DNA from: Myxococcales bacterium
GTDB taxonomy: Bacteria; Myxococcota; Myxococcia; Myxococcales; UBA5297
Reading direction: 5' to 3'
Length of the DNA: 64,000 nt
Assembly (NCBI GenBank): GCA_050942745.1
Contig: JBMNNX010000003.1
Coordinates: 6,767-70,766 of the forward strand
The notes beneath the pieces are model-generated. The model did not search any database. It saw only the letters and a list, made by a program, of their open reading frames with translations, and was not told the DNA's origin. The translations under genes were made by a program, and so were the position numbers. Below, in pieces: positions 9,835 to 20,258 of the stretch (the first letter of the stretch is position 1; each line of letters starts with the position of its first letter).

Positions 9835-10629
9835 ATGGAGCCGTCGATGTCGCAGGACCAGGAGAGCGCGCTCCCGAGAGAGCTGACCGCGGAAGCCTTC
9901 CTCGCCTACCAGTTCGAGCAGTACCGCCTGCTCGACGCCGCCGTCGGCGCGCTGTTCGAGCCCGGGCGCCGGCTCACGTGCCTGAGCGTCGGCGGCTCGG
10001 ACTCGGCCGCGCTCTTCTTCGGGGCGATGCGCGGGCGCTTCTCGCTCGTCGCGGACCTGTCGAAGGACCTCGAGTCGAGCCTGTGGCTGCGCGCGCGGCT
10101 GCTGCGGCCGGCGATCCCGGCGGAGGTCGAGATCCGCTCCCTCGACGCGGACCTCTTCGACGACCGGGCCCTCGGGATCCTCGAGGGGCCCGACGGCGCG
10201 CAGCACTTCGACGTCTGCTTCCTCCACAAGATGCTGCACCACCTGCGCGAGAACCGCTGCCGCTTCGCCGACGCGCTGCCCGAGCACCCGGGCAAGGATC
10301 ACGAGTGCGTCGGGGCGCTGCGAGCGGAGAAGGTCTTCGAGCGGCTGCACCAGTTCGCGCGCGCGCTCGTCGTCTCCGAGCGCTTCGCCCTCGACGAGGA
10401 TCCCGACAAGGACGGAGCGCAAGGCGGGATGCTCTCGATCGACGAAATGGAGTCCACGCTGCTCGCCGCCTCGCGCCTCGGCAGGGTCGAGGTCTTTCAG
10501 CCGGTGCGCGCGACAGTGCGTTCGCGGGCGCGCAAGGCGAAGCTGCCGGAAAGGCTCCGTGACAGGCTTCGGCTGGTGGACTACGTGCTCTTCGCCTCCA
10601 TCGACGAGCGCGGGCCGCGCCCCCGGTAG
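9835..10629 (+). CDS. hypothetical protein (possible degenerate class I methyltransferase-like fold)
   Basis: ATG at 9835 within ORF 9193..10629; the upstream part of that ORF is antisense to the quinone reductase gene. LTCLSVGGSDSAALFF and FDVCFLHKMLHHL loosely resemble SAM-methyltransferase motifs I and III. Confidence 0.45.
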   Translation: MEPSMSQDQESALPRELTAEAFLAYQFEQYRLLDAAVGALFEPGRRLTCLSVGGSDSAALFFGAMRGRFSLVADLSKDLESSLWLRARLLRPAIPAEVEIRSLDADLFDDRALGILEGPDGAQHFDVCFLHKMLHHLRENRCRFADALPEHPGKDHECVGALRAEKVFERLHQFARALVVSERFALDEDPDKDGAQGGMLSIDEMESTLLAASRLGRVEVFQPVRATVRSRARKAKLPERLRDRLRLVDYVLFASIDERGPRPR

Positions 10630-10655
10630 CTTTGCGCGTGCCTCCCGCCGCCCCC

Positions 10656-10711
10656 GGTCACCCTGAGCGTAGCTCCCGCCGCTAGAAGCGGCGGGAGCGG
10701 AGTCGAAGGGC
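10656..10711 (+). repeat. REP-like hairpin element, family A, copy 1
   Basis: GGTCACCCTGAGCGTAGCTCCCGCCGC-tagaa-GCGGCGGGAGCGGAGTCGAAGGGC, 27 nt after the stop of the upstream gene. The same ~55-bp unit recurs at 13545, 13690, 62170 and 62251. Confidence 0.8.
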
Positions 10712-10959
10712 CTCCCGTCACTGCCTCCGGCGACCGGAGGCACGTCCCTCGAGCGCAGAGCGCCACGGGACATAGCTCATCAGCGAGCTTCGCGCGCGAG
10801 CCAGCACGGTGGAACCCGAGGTCCCCCTGCCCGTGTAGACAGGCTTCGCACCCTCATTGTATTGCCTCTCACCACCCGGCGAGGCGCTCCAACCGCTCCC
10901 CGACTTCGCGTCACGAGCACAGGACGGCTTCTCGATAATCGCCGCGGTTTGGGGGACTC

Positions 10960-13536
10960 ATGAAATCCCGCTTTCTATCAATGACCGCGTTGTTCTGCTT
11001 CGCGGCCCTCATGTCCTGCGCATCCGGGGACTCCGACGAGAGCCCCGACACCGACTTGGGCCAGGCTTCAAGCGCCATGAGCGCGCCGGTCTGCGGCAAC
11101 GGGCTCCTCGAGCCCGGCGAGCAATGCGACGACCGCAACCCCCTGCCCGGCGACGGCTGCTCGGCATCTTGCCAGGTCGAGCCGCACTTCGCGTGCACTG
11201 ACGGCATCGGCTGGGGGCGAAACGACTACGGCCAGGCGCGAGCTCAGGGGCCGCTCTCGAGAGTAATGGCGATCGCTGCTGGCGACGGCCACAGCCTGGC
11301 GCTCAAGTCGGACGGGACGATAGCCGCCTGGGGATACAACGGCTACGGCCAAGCCAGCGCACCCGCAGGGTTCTCGAACGTCGTGGCGATTGCCGGGGGC
11401 GGCGACCACAGCCTGGCGCTCAAGTCGGACGGAACGGTGGTCGCCTGGGGGGATGACGACTGGGGCCAGTCCAGCGTCCCCGCCGGGCTCTCGAACGTCG
11501 TGGCGATCGCTGCAGGCATGTCGCACAGCGTCGCCTTGAAATCGGACGGAACGGTGGTCGATTGGGGATTCATCGACCTCTTCCAGACCGACGTCCCCGA
11601 AGAGGCCACGGAGGTGGTGGCGATCGCGGCGGGCGGCATCCACAACCTGGCGCTCAAGTCGGACGGGACCGTAGTCGCCTGGGGAGACAACAACTACGGC
11701 CAGGCCAGCGTCCCCGCAGGGCTCTCGGACGTCGTGGCGGTCGCCGCGGGCGGCGACCACAGCCTGGCGCTCAAATCGGACGGAACGGTGGTCACTTGGG
11801 GAGACGACGAATGGGGCCAGTCTAGCGTCCCCGCTGGGCTCTCGAACGTCGTGGCGATAGCCGCCGGCCAGGACTTCAGCCTGGCGCTCAAGTCGGACGG
11901 CACGGTTATCGGCTGGGGACACAACGGCTCTGGCCAGGCCGACGTCCCCGCCGGGCTCTCGAACGTGGTGGCGATAGCCGCCGGCGCCGAGCACAGCCTT
12001 GCGTTGAAGTCCGACGGGACCGTGGCCGCCTGGGGAATCAACGACTATGGCCAGATCGACGTCCCCACCGGGCTCTCGGGCGTGGTGGCGATAGCCGCCG
12101 GCACCAACCACAGCCTCGCCCTCAAGTCCGACGGGACGGTGGTCGCCTGGGGTCGCAACAACTACGGCCAGCTCGACGTCACCGCCGGGCTCTCGGACGT
12201 CGTGGCGATCGCCGCGGGTGGCGACCACAGCTGGCGCTCAAATCGGACGGAACGGTGGTCGCCTGGGGATACGACGACTTCGGCCAAGCCAACGTCCCCG
12301 CTGATCTGTCGGGAGCGGTGGCCGTCGCTGCTGGCCTCTTCCACAGCATTGCGCTCAAGTCGGACGGGACGATGGTCACGTGGGGCCTGACCATCGATGG
12401 CGCGCTCAACGTGCCCGCCGGGCTCTCGGGAGTGGTGGCGATCGCCGCGGGCGACCGCTACAGCCTCGCTCTGAAGTCGGACGGGACGGTGGCCGCTTGG
12501 GGTGCCAGCCACCACGTGGAAACCAATATCCCCACCGGGCTCTCGGGGGTCGTCGCGTTGGCTGCAGGCCCCCGTGCCCAGCACGCCCTCGTGATCACGA
12601 GCTTCTGCTCCCTGCTCGGCTCGCTCTTCGTCACGCCTGAGCCGCCGGGCGCCAACTGCCGTCACTGGCGGGCAGAAGATCGATGCCTATGAGGCCGATC
12701 TCTCGGTGACCGTGACCTACCTCTGCAACGGCACCGACGGCGCCACCGCCAACGTCTCGGTGACCGACGAGCCCGCGGGAGCCAACTGCACCAATGGCGG
12801 CAAGCGGATCGAAACGAGCGTGGGCTCCGGCCCGACCGTCACCTCCTTCATCTGCAACGGCGCCGACGGCGTGAGCGTGCTGGCTGTGGCCGAGCCTGCC
12901 GGTGCGAACTGCCCTTACGGCGGCATCAAGCTCACCGGCGCCGGCGAAGACCAGTACGTCTGCAACGGCGCGCCGGGCGAAGACGGACTGAAGGCGCTCA
13001 TGGCCACCTCGCCCGAGCCTGCTGGCGCCAATTGCAGCTACGGCGGCACGCGGATCGACACCGGCATCGACCGCGACGGCGATGGCGAGCTCGACGCCGA
13101 AGAGATCACCGCGACGCAGTACGTCTGCGACGCCGGCACCACGCTTGTGGCGACCAAGCCCGAGCCGGCGGGCGCCAACTGCAGCTATGGCGGAACGCGC
13201 ATCGACAGCGGCATCGACCTCGATCGCGACGGCGAGCTCGACTCCAAGGAAGTCACTGCGACCGAGTATGTCTGCGCCTCCGGCACCACTCTGGTGGTCA
13301 CCTCGCCCGAGCCGCCAGGGGACAACTGCGAGGCTGGAGGGACGCGAATCGCCACCGGCATCGACCGCGACGGCGACGGCAGTCTCGGAGACGACGAGGT
13401 CCTTGCGACTTCCTTTGCCTGCAACGGCGCGGCGGGAGCAAATGGGACCAGCGAGCAAGGCTGCTCGGCGGACGGCGCCGGTTTCGGATGGCTTGCCCTA
13501 CCGGCGATCTTGTGCGCGCTGCAGCGGAGGCGCTGA
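10960..13536 (+). pseudogene. RCC1-repeat surface protein with Myxococcus Cys-rich repeat and MYXO-CTERM tag, interrupted by two frameshifts
   Basis: Lipobox FAALMSC and CGNGLLEPGEQCDDRNPLPGDGCSASCQVE. About 11 RCC1-like blades (HSLALKSDGTVVAWG...GQ..VPAGLSNVVAIAAG). Six EP(A/P)GANCxxGGxRI...YVCxG repeats. C-terminal GCSADGAGFGWLALPAILCALQRRR. The frame changes at ~12232, where cacagctggcgctc replaces the cacagcctggcgctc seen in sister repeats. It changes again at ~12660-12667, splitting the gene into ORFs 10960..12390, 12255..12692 and 12706..13536. Confidence 0.8.
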
Positions 13537-13544
13537 GCCCTCCC

Positions 13545-13599
13545 GGTCACCCTGAGCGTAGCTCCCGCCGCTTCAGCGGCGGGAGCGGAGTCGAAGGGC
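13545..13599 (+). repeat. REP-like hairpin element, family A, copy 2
   Basis: GGTCACCCTGAGCGTAGCTCCCGCCGC-ttca-GCGGCGGGAGCGGAGTCGAAGGGC. Begins 9 nt after the TGA of the MYXO-CTERM gene. 11-bp perfect stem. Confidence 0.85.
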
Positions 13600-13689
13600 A
13601 CCGCGACCTTGCCCAACGCGAACCGAACCGCGTCCCCTGAGACGCGCCGGCACGAAGGCCGGCGCTCCTCTTCCCGCGCCGTGGACCCC

Positions 13690-13742
13690 GGTCACCCTGA
13701 GGGTAGCTCCCGCAGGTCCAGCGGCGGGAGCGTTTCAAGGGG
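13690..13742 (+). repeat. REP-like element, family A, copy 3 (degenerate)
   Basis: GGTCACCCTGAGGGTAGCTCCCGCAGGTCCAGCGGCGGGAGCGTTTCAAGGGG; the stem is partly eroded. Confidence 0.6.
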
Positions 13743-13991
13743 ACCACGCGCAGACTGAGGAACGCGGCGGGCGAGGTAGCGCGATGGCAGCGCACACGAG
13801 GGGGCTTTCACGGGGCGGCGCGCGCACGAGAGGGGAAGAGGGGCGGGGTAGAACCTAATTCCCCCGAAAGAAGCGGCGGCGTCCCTCATGCCCGCGTGCG
13901 CGCTGCCGGGCAATCATCGTCCGCCTCCGGTTGCCCCATCTCCCGCGATTTGCGGTAGAAGGTGCGCCTCTCGGCGCATGCGGAGGTCGCG

Positions 13992-14384
13992 GTGAGCGTC
14001 AGCATTGAAGTCGGCAAGGCGATCCAAATCGAGACGTTCTGGGCTTGGCTCAAGCAGCACACCAACTGCATCCTGCGCGCGGGCACGACCGAGGCCTACC
14101 TGTACGACCACGAGTCGCTCCACTGGCAACTCGAAGAGGACCCGGACGGCAACCTCAACGCCCTGCTGATCCTCGGCAAGGTCGTCGTCGCCGAGCTGGT
14201 CATCGAGGCGAACGAGGTCCTCTTCGTCCAGATCACGCCCGACAAGAGCGGCGAGGAGCCTCAGTTCATCTTCGAGCTGGTCGGAGGTCCGCGCGAGGAG
14301 CCGTACCCGCTCTACCACTTCGTCCTCACGCACGGATTCGAGGGCGAAGAGGCGAGCGCGCATCCTCCGGCGCTCAAGCACTGA
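13992..14384 (+). CDS. small acidic hypothetical protein
   Basis: ORF 13962..14384. The GTG at 13992 has a GGAGG 4-5 nt upstream. Coding-like, non-repetitive sequence (IETFWAWLKQHTNCILRAGTTEAYLYDHESLHWQLEEDPDGN...). No family recognised. Confidence 0.5.
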   Translation: MSVSIEVGKAIQIETFWAWLKQHTNCILRAGTTEAYLYDHESLHWQLEEDPDGNLNALLILGKVVVAELVIEANEVLFVQITPDKSGEEPQFIFELVGGPREEPYPLYHFVLTHGFEGEEASAHPPALKH

Positions 14385-14484
14385 CCGGCGCCGCGCTCGG
14401 GGAAGTCCGCGACGCCTCTCGGGCCCCCGCTGCCGGGGCTCTCCGCCCGACAGCGGGACGCGACCGGGATGCGACGCTTGGCCG

Positions 14485-15309
14485 TCAGCCGAGCGCCCGC
14501 TCGATGGCGGCGAACTGCGCGGGCGAGAGGTTCTCGGCGCGCTCCTTGGGATCGATCCCCGCGGCCTCGAGAGCGGCGGCGATGCGCTGGGGATCGCCGA
14601 GCGACTTGTCGGACTTGAGCGTGTTGAGCAACACCTTGCGCCGATGCGAGAAGGCGGCCTTCACGAGCCGCACGAACCTCGCGTGGTCGCCGATAGGCAC
14701 GCGCGGCTGCTCGCGGAGGTCGATGCGCGCGACCGCCGAGTCGACCTTCGGCGGCGGCAGGAAGACGCCCGCGGGCACCTCGAAGGCGAGCTCGACGTCG
14801 GCGTAGGCCTGAAGCAATACCGACAAGAGCCCGTAGTCCCTGCTGCCCGGGCCGGAGGCGATGCGCTGCGCGACCTCCTTTTGAAGAAGGAAGACCGCGC
14901 GGCGCACGTGCGCGCGCTGATCGAGCACCTCAAAGAGGATGGAGCTCGAGAGCTGGTACGGCAGGTTCCCGGCGACGACAGGCCGCTCGACGCCCGCGAG
15001 CTCGGCGAAGTCTACGGCCGCGGCGTTGGCCGCGACGACCTCGACGTTCGGCAGGTCGAGCTCCTTCTCGAGCACCGCCACGAGATCGCGATCGCGCTCG
15101 ACGGCCACCACCCGCGCGCCGGTGGCCGCGAGCTGGCGGGTGAGGTGGCCGAGGCCCGCGCCGAGCTCGACGACGGTGTCGCCCGGGCCGACGCCGCAGG
15201 TCTCGGCGATGCGGCTCAAGTAGTGCTCGTCGCCGAGGAAGTTCTGGCCCCAGTCCTTCTTGGGCCGCAGGCCGTACTTGCGAAGCAGCTCGCCGGGGGT
15301 CGCGCTCAT
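14485..15309 (-). CDS. rsmA: 16S rRNA (adenine1518/1519-N6)-dimethyltransferase
   Basis: MSATPGELLRKYGLRPKKDWGQNFL...VVELGAGLGHLT...GNLPYQLSS is the classic KsgA/RsmA pattern. The start overlaps the tsaD stop by 4 nt (ATGA). Confidence 0.9.
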   Translation of the reverse strand: MSATPGELLRKYGLRPKKDWGQNFLGDEHYLSRIAETCGVGPGDTVVELGAGLGHLTRQLAATGARVVAVERDRDLVAVLEKELDLPNVEVVAANAAAVDFAELAGVERPVVAGNLPYQLSSSILFEVLDQRAHVRRAVFLLQKEVAQRIASGPGSRDYGLLSVLLQAYADVELAFEVPAGVFLPPPKVDSAVARIDLREQPRVPIGDHARFVRLVKAAFSHRRKVLLNTLKSDKSLGDPQRIAAALEAAGIDPKERAENLSPAQFAAIERALG

Positions 15310-16316
15310 GCGGCGCCCCCGAGCCGCCACGCGGGGTCGGCGTTGAGCGCCATCCCGGCGCGCTCGCCGCGCTGGAAGGCATGAGTCCCGGCGACCGCGA
15401 TCATCGCGCCGTTGTCGGTGCACAGCCGCGGCGGCGGCAGGAACAGCTCTATCCCTTCGCCGGCGGCCCGCTCGGCGGCGAGGGCCCGCAGCCGGCTGTT
15501 GGCGGCGACGCCGCCGGAGAGCACGAGCCGGTGCAGCCAGAGCTTTCGGGCGGCCTTCATCGCCTTGCGCGTCAGCGGGTCGGCGACCGCCTCCTGGAAC
15601 GAGGCGCAGAGGTCGGCGAGCTGCTGGCCCTCGGGGTTGGGATGGGCGCGCAGCCAGGTGAGGACCGCGGTCTTGAGCCCGGAGAAGGAGAAGTCGAGCT
15701 CGGCGCCCTTGATCTGCGCGCGCGGGAAGCGGATGGCCTTCTTGTCGCCGGACTGGGCGAGATTGTCGATCTGGATGCCGCCGGGATAGGGCAGGCCGAG
15801 CATCTTGGCGACCTTGTCGTAGGCCTCGCCGGCCGCGTCGTCGCGAGTCTGGCCGACGAGCCGGTAGCGCCCGAAGCCCTCGACGGCGAACAGGCTGGTG
15901 TGGCCGCCGGAGACGACGAGCCCGAGGAACGGCGGCTCGGGCGGGTTGTCGGTGAGGCGGGCCGCGAGCAGGTGGCCTTCGAGGTGGTTGACGCCGACGA
16001 GCGGCTTGCCCGACAGCCAGGCAAGACCCTTGGCGGCCTGCACGCCGACGAGCAGCGCGCCAATGAGCCCCGGCCCGCTCGTCACGGCGATGGCGTCGAG
16101 GTCGGCGAGCCCCACGCCCGCCTTGGCGAGCGCCTCGTCGACCACCGGCAGCACCTGCATCACATGGTTGCGGGAGGCGAGCTCGGGGACGACACCGCCC
16201 CAGCGCCGGTGGACCTCGATCTGCGACGAGACGACGTCCGAGAGCGCGACCCGCCCGTCGCGCACCACGGCAGCGGCGGTCTCGTCGCAGGACGTCTCGA
16301 TTCCGAGTACGAGCAC
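15306..16316 (-). CDS. tsaD: tRNA N6-adenosine threonylcarbamoyltransferase
   Basis: MLVLGIETSCDETAAAVV...HLEGHLLA...SGGHT...SGGVAANSRLR is the TsaD/Kae1/Gcp signature. 336 aa. Confidence 0.95.
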   Translation of the reverse strand: MLVLGIETSCDETAAAVVRDGRVALSDVVSSQIEVHRRWGGVVPELASRNHVMQVLPVVDEALAKAGVGLADLDAIAVTSGPGLIGALLVGVQAAKGLAWLSGKPLVGVNHLEGHLLAARLTDNPPEPPFLGLVVSGGHTSLFAVEGFGRYRLVGQTRDDAAGEAYDKVAKMLGLPYPGGIQIDNLAQSGDKKAIRFPRAQIKGAELDFSFSGLKTAVLTWLRAHPNPEGQQLADLCASFQEAVADPLTRKAMKAARKLWLHRLVLSGGVAANSRLRALAAERAAGEGIELFLPPPRLCTDNGAMIAVAGTHAFQRGERAGMALNADPAWRLGGAA

Positions 16317-16612
16317 GTTGTCTCCTGAAGAGCGGGCATCCGGCGTGGACAGACCGCGCGCAGGTGCTGGTCCCGACCGGATCGGCGCGGGCGTTCGAGC
16401 CCGAGGGCCGGCGAGGTTCTACCTCAATCGAAAACACGCGTCGCGACCGGGCACCGCCCGGTCGAACCTCGGGCTTCACGCTCCGAGGAGCCGGCCGTCG
16501 GGGAGGGCGGAGCTGGAGCGGCGCCGTCCATCCGAAACACGCGTCGAGCGTCCGCCGTCCATCCAAGTGGCGCCAATCGAGAGCCTTCGGCGAGCTTCGC
16601 CCGGAACAAACT

Positions 16613-16647
16613 CTCGACCCTCGACCCTCGACCCTCGACCGTCGCCC
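16613..16647. repeat. heptanucleotide microsatellite (CTCGACC)x4 plus one degenerate unit
   Basis: ctcgaccctcgaccctcgaccctcgaccgtcgccc, directly abutting the stop codon (16648-16650) of the response-regulator gene. Confidence 0.75.
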
Positions 16648-19600
16648 TCACCTCAAATCCTTGAGGATGATCTTCACCTCCGCGGCAAAGTCCCCGTTCG
16701 GATCGAGCGCGAGGTAGCGCTGATAGGCGCGGGCGGCATCCTTGTTGCGGCCCATCATCTGATAAGCCGTCCCCAGGGCGACGTGGCCGCGGGCGTGGTC
16801 GGGAGCCCTCGCCAGGCCCTGCTCGAGAAACGGGATGGCCGTCTTGGGCGAGGTCTCGACCAGCGAGAGGCCGAGCCCGAGCAAGGCCTCGGTTCCCGTG
16901 GGATTGACCTTCAGCGCCTTCTTGAAGTCGGCGACCGCGAGTTTGAGCTTGTTGCGCGAGAAGTGCTTGTTCCCCGACTTGACGTACCGGGCGTACTCGA
17001 CCTCGGGGTCGTCGCCGGGGGCCGGCTTCTCCTTCTTCGCGCCTTCGTCGCCGCTGCCCTGAGGCTCGGTTGCCTGCGCCGTGGCGCTCGCGTCGGCGGG
17101 CTCGCCCGCATCGGCAGGCTCGGTCGCCGCGACCGGCGACGTGTCGGCGGGAGGCGTCGCAGTCGAGTCGACGACGGCGGGCGCATCGCCACCGGCGCGC
17201 GCGGAATCCGCGCCAGGATCGGCCTTCGGCGGCTCGTCCGACGCGGGATCGCTCGGCAGTGCAGGTTGCCCGTCCTCGACGGCCACGGGCGCGCTCTTGC
17301 TTCCGAGCAACTTCCAGGCTGCGAACCCGCCCACCGCCAGCACGAGCAGGACGACGACGACGGGCCAGCGGCGCTTCGGCGCCAGGCCGGCTCGGGCCCA
17401 CTCCTCCTCGATGGAGGCCGTGTCATCGACCTGCGCGGGCAAGGCCTCGAAGGGCGCGGACGCGATGGGCGACGGCGCGATGGGCGCGGGATCGAACGAA
17501 CGCGCCGGCTCGACCGGCGGCGTGGGGCCAGAGCCTTCAACGAAGGAGATGTAGGCGCCAGACGAGGGCAGCGACGGCTTCTCGAGCTCGCGCAACGGCT
17601 CGGCGGCCGCCCCGCCGAAGACCGGAGCCCGAAGCGGCTCCTGCTCGGCGACGCCCGGATCGGCGACCTCGGTCAGCGGCAACGGCGCGGGCTGCGCCAT
17701 CGCCTCCGTGAGCGGGATGGCCGCCACCGGCGCCGCGGGCGCCGGCTCGGCGGGCGCCGGCTGCGCAGGCTCGGGCGCGGCGAGCGGCGCGGGGCTCATC
17801 TCCGCCGCCGGCTTCGCCCTGCCGAAGAAGATGTCGGCCGGGGTCGGGGCGCGGCCGAGGCCAGCGGCGGGCTCGTCGGCGCCGGCTGCCGCAGGCAGCT
17901 CAAGCGGATCGGGGGGCGCGAGCCACGAGGCCCAGCCCTCGGTCGTCGGCACCGAGCGCCTGGCCGGCGCCGAGGCCTGGGCGGCCGCTTCGGCCGGTTC
18001 GCCCGGTTCGGCCGCCTCGGCCGCTTCGCCCGGTTCGGCGCCCGCCGGCGTGGGCTCGGCTCCGGGCACCGGCGTCTTCGCCAACTCGTCGCTGCCGCGC
18101 GGCTCGAAGAAGAAGACCTGGGCGCGCTTCGGCTCGCCGGGCGGCTCCTCGGCCGGGCTCGCGGCAGCCGGCTGCTCGGCCGGGGAGGCCGGCTGCTCGG
18201 CCGGCGGCGGGGAGGCCGGCTCCTCCTTCGGACCGCTGAACCAGACGCTGCCCTGCGCATCTCCGGCCGTCGCCTCGCCCACATTCCCAGGAGCGACCGG
18301 CGCGCTGCCGGCATCCGGCTCGCTGGGGGCGGGCTCGTTCCCCTGCGCAGGCGCTGGAGAATCGGCCTGCGGCGCCGCGGAGTCGCCCGCGGGCGCGGCC
18401 CAGGCCGAACCGCCCTCCGGCGCGCTTTCCGGCGGCGCGGGCGAGAAGGCCGCAGCCGAAGGCTCGGCCGCTGGCTCTCCCTCGGGGGCGGCCCACTGGG
18501 CCGGATGCGAAGCCTCGATCGAGGGCCCCTCTGCCGCGTCCGCCGGGGCCTCCGGCGCCGCGGCGGCCACCGCCTGCTGAACTGCAGTGTCCGTCGAGGG
18601 CTCGCCTTCCGGGGAGGCCCATTGAGCTGGCGCCGGCGGCTCGGCTCTGGGCGCTTCGGCCGTGTCCTGCGCCTGCGCGCCCGGCGCGGGCTCGCCCCGC
18701 TCGCCGGGCTGTGGCTCGGCCAGCAGCCACTGCTCGATGTCCTTGGGCTTGGGCTCCTTGCGCGGCTTGCTCTCGCCGACCTCGCGGATGAGCCCCTCGA
18801 AGTACAGCTTGCTGACGATGCCGAGCGCGGCGAGGTCGTCAAAGTCCGAATCGTCGATGAGCTGCTCGAGCGAGCGCTGGCCGTCAAAGAGCCGCAGCAG
18901 GCCGTTTATCTCGTCGGGGATCTCCGCGAGCCGCTCGGCGAGTTGCCGGTAGTCGATCTCGAAGACGGTGCTCAGCGGGGGAAGCTGCTCGAGCATCCGG
19001 CCCCACTCGTCGATGCGGCGCATGCCCTCCATCAGCAGGCCCTGCGTCGACATCTGCAAGCGGTCCTCGCGCTCGTGCGGCCCGAACTCGAGCTCGAAGG
19101 TGCCCTCGCTCGCGTTGAGCAGCCGGTAGAAGGCGTTCTCGCCCTTCAGGCGCCCGAACTCGGCGTCTACGATCTTGCCGTCGCGAAAGTAGATGCGCGC
19201 GTCCTTGCCGCCGACCTTCAGGCGCATCGTGCCGGTCTTGCGGCCCATCTCGAAGGTCTGCACCAGATCGACGACGCCCATGTCGCCGAGGTTGCCCGAG
19301 AACGCCTTGCCCTCCTTGCGCTCGCGCTCCATGCGCTCTTTCTCGCGCTTGGAGAGGAGGATCTTCACGCGGGCGACGATCTCTTTGATGTAGATGGGCT
19401 TGGTCAGGTAGTCCTCGACGCCCAACTCGAGGCCCTTGAGCTTGTGCTCGACCGACTTCTGCGCGGTCAGGAAGATGAACGGCAGGCCCTTGAACCGCTC
19501 GTCCTCCTTGAGCCGGCGGCACAGCTCGTAGCCGTCGATCCCCGGCAGCTTGGTGTCGCTGATGACCAGGTCCGGGCTACTGATGGCCACCTTCTGTAGC

Positions 19601-19716
19601 GCGTCGTCGCCGCTGACCGCGGTGGTGACCGAAAAGCCCGCCTTCTTCAGCGAGACCTCCATCACCCGAAGGCTCTTAGGGTCGCCGTCTACCAGCAAGA
19701 GATGCTGCTTGGCCAC
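16648..19716 (-). CDS. response regulator receiver - DUF4388/PATAN - Pro/Ala/Glu-rich linker - TM - TPR protein
   Basis: ORF 16648..19752. The GTG at 19716 has a GGAG 8 nt upstream. Receiver motifs [30 protein letters not shown]-like [27 protein letters not shown]...[13 protein letters not shown]. About 550 aa of low complexity. One TM helix ([18 protein letters not shown]). C-terminal TPRs. Confidence 0.85.
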   Translation of the reverse strand: MAKQHLLLVDGDPKSLRVMEVSLKKAGFSVTTAVSGDDALQKVAISSPDLVISDTKLPGIDGYELCRRLKEDERFKGLPFIFLTAQKSVEHKLKGLELGVEDYLTKPIYIKEIVARVKILLSKREKERMERERKEGKAFSGNLGDMGVVDLVQTFEMGRKTGTMRLKVGGKDARIYFRDGKIVDAEFGRLKGENAFYRLLNASEGTFELEFGPHEREDRLQMSTQGLLMEGMRRIDEWGRMLEQLPPLSTVFEIDYRQLAERLAEIPDEINGLLRLFDGQRSLEQLIDDSDFDDLAALGIVSKLYFEGLIREVGESKPRKEPKPKDIEQWLLAEPQPGERGEPAPGAQAQDTAEAPRAEPPAPAQWASPEGEPSTDTAVQQAVAAAAPEAPADAAEGPSIEASHPAQWAAPEGEPAAEPSAAAFSPAPPESAPEGGSAWAAPAGDSAAPQADSPAPAQGNEPAPSEPDAGSAPVAPGNVGEATAGDAQGSVWFSGPKEEPASPPPAEQPASPAEQPAAASPAEEPPGEPKRAQVFFFEPRGSDELAKTPVPGAEPTPAGAEPGEAAEAAEPGEPAEAAAQASAPARRSVPTTEGWASWLAPPDPLELPAAAGADEPAAGLGRAPTPADIFFGRAKPAAEMSPAPLAAPEPAQPAPAEPAPAAPVAAIPLTEAMAQPAPLPLTEVADPGVAEQEPLRAPVFGGAAAEPLRELEKPSLPSSGAYISFVEGSGPTPPVEPARSFDPAPIAPSPIASAPFEALPAQVDDTASIEEEWARAGLAPKRRWPVVVVLLVLAVGGFAAWKLLGSKSAPVAVEDGQPALPSDPASDEPPKADPGADSARAGGDAPAVVDSTATPPADTSPVAATEPADAGEPADASATAQATEPQGSGDEGAKKEKPAPGDDPEVEYARYVKSGNKHFSRNKLKLAVADFKKALKVNPTGTEALLGLGLSLVETSPKTAIPFLEQGLARAPDHARGHVALGTAYQMMGRNKDAARAYQRYLALDPNGDFAAEVKIILKDLR

Positions 19717-19908
19717 GGTGGTGCTCCAGTCGAGAAAGGCGCCCCAGCGCACGGGCGCCCGCGCTGCCTGCCGGTCGCGTCGGCGGCCAAAAAAGCCTCG
19801 TAATGCGACCGGTTATCTTTCACGGAGGGCCCGGTTGGCGTCAAGCGTTCGCCCGGCTACGATGACCTCCGCTCAATAGCCTGTCCGCCCCCCAGGAGGG
19901 CCTGCGAG

Positions 19909-20238
19909 ATGACCGATCTTCGCCGCCACAAGCGCAAGCCTCTCGCCGTCGAATTCCGCTGCCGCGACGAGTCGGGAGCCGGCACCCTGCAGTTCGGCAG
20001 TGGCGACCTGTCGGCCGGGGGCGCCTTCCTGCGCTCGGACCTGCTGCTCGAGCAGGGCGAGCGGCTCTGGATTGAGGTCGAGCTGCCGGGCCGCGAGCGC
20101 CCGGTGCGCGCCGAGGCGCGCGTCGCCTGGGTGCGCCGCTTCCCCACCGCCGGCCAGGCGGGCGGGATGGGCATCGAGTTCCTGGGCATGACCGAGGAGG
20201 ATCGGCGCGCGGTCGAGTCGTTCGTCGAGGGGGCCTGA
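19909..20238 (+). CDS. PilZ domain protein (putative c-di-GMP receptor)
   Basis: 109 aa. RxxxR (RRHKR) and D-x-S-x-x-G (DLSAGG) motifs at the canonical spacing. AGGAGGG RBS upstream. Confidence 0.8.
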   Translation: MTDLRRHKRKPLAVEFRCRDESGAGTLQFGSGDLSAGGAFLRSDLLLEQGERLWIEVELPGRERPVRAEARVAWVRRFPTAGQAGGMGIEFLGMTEEDRRAVESFVEGA

Positions 20239-20258
20239 GCCGGGCGCGGCCCTTCGCA

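Noticed and set aside
15898-19599. 1233-aa plus-strand ORF antisense to tsaD and the response-regulator gene.
   Set aside because: Arg/Gly-rich nonsense composition with no domains. This is a typical GC-rich antisense ORF.
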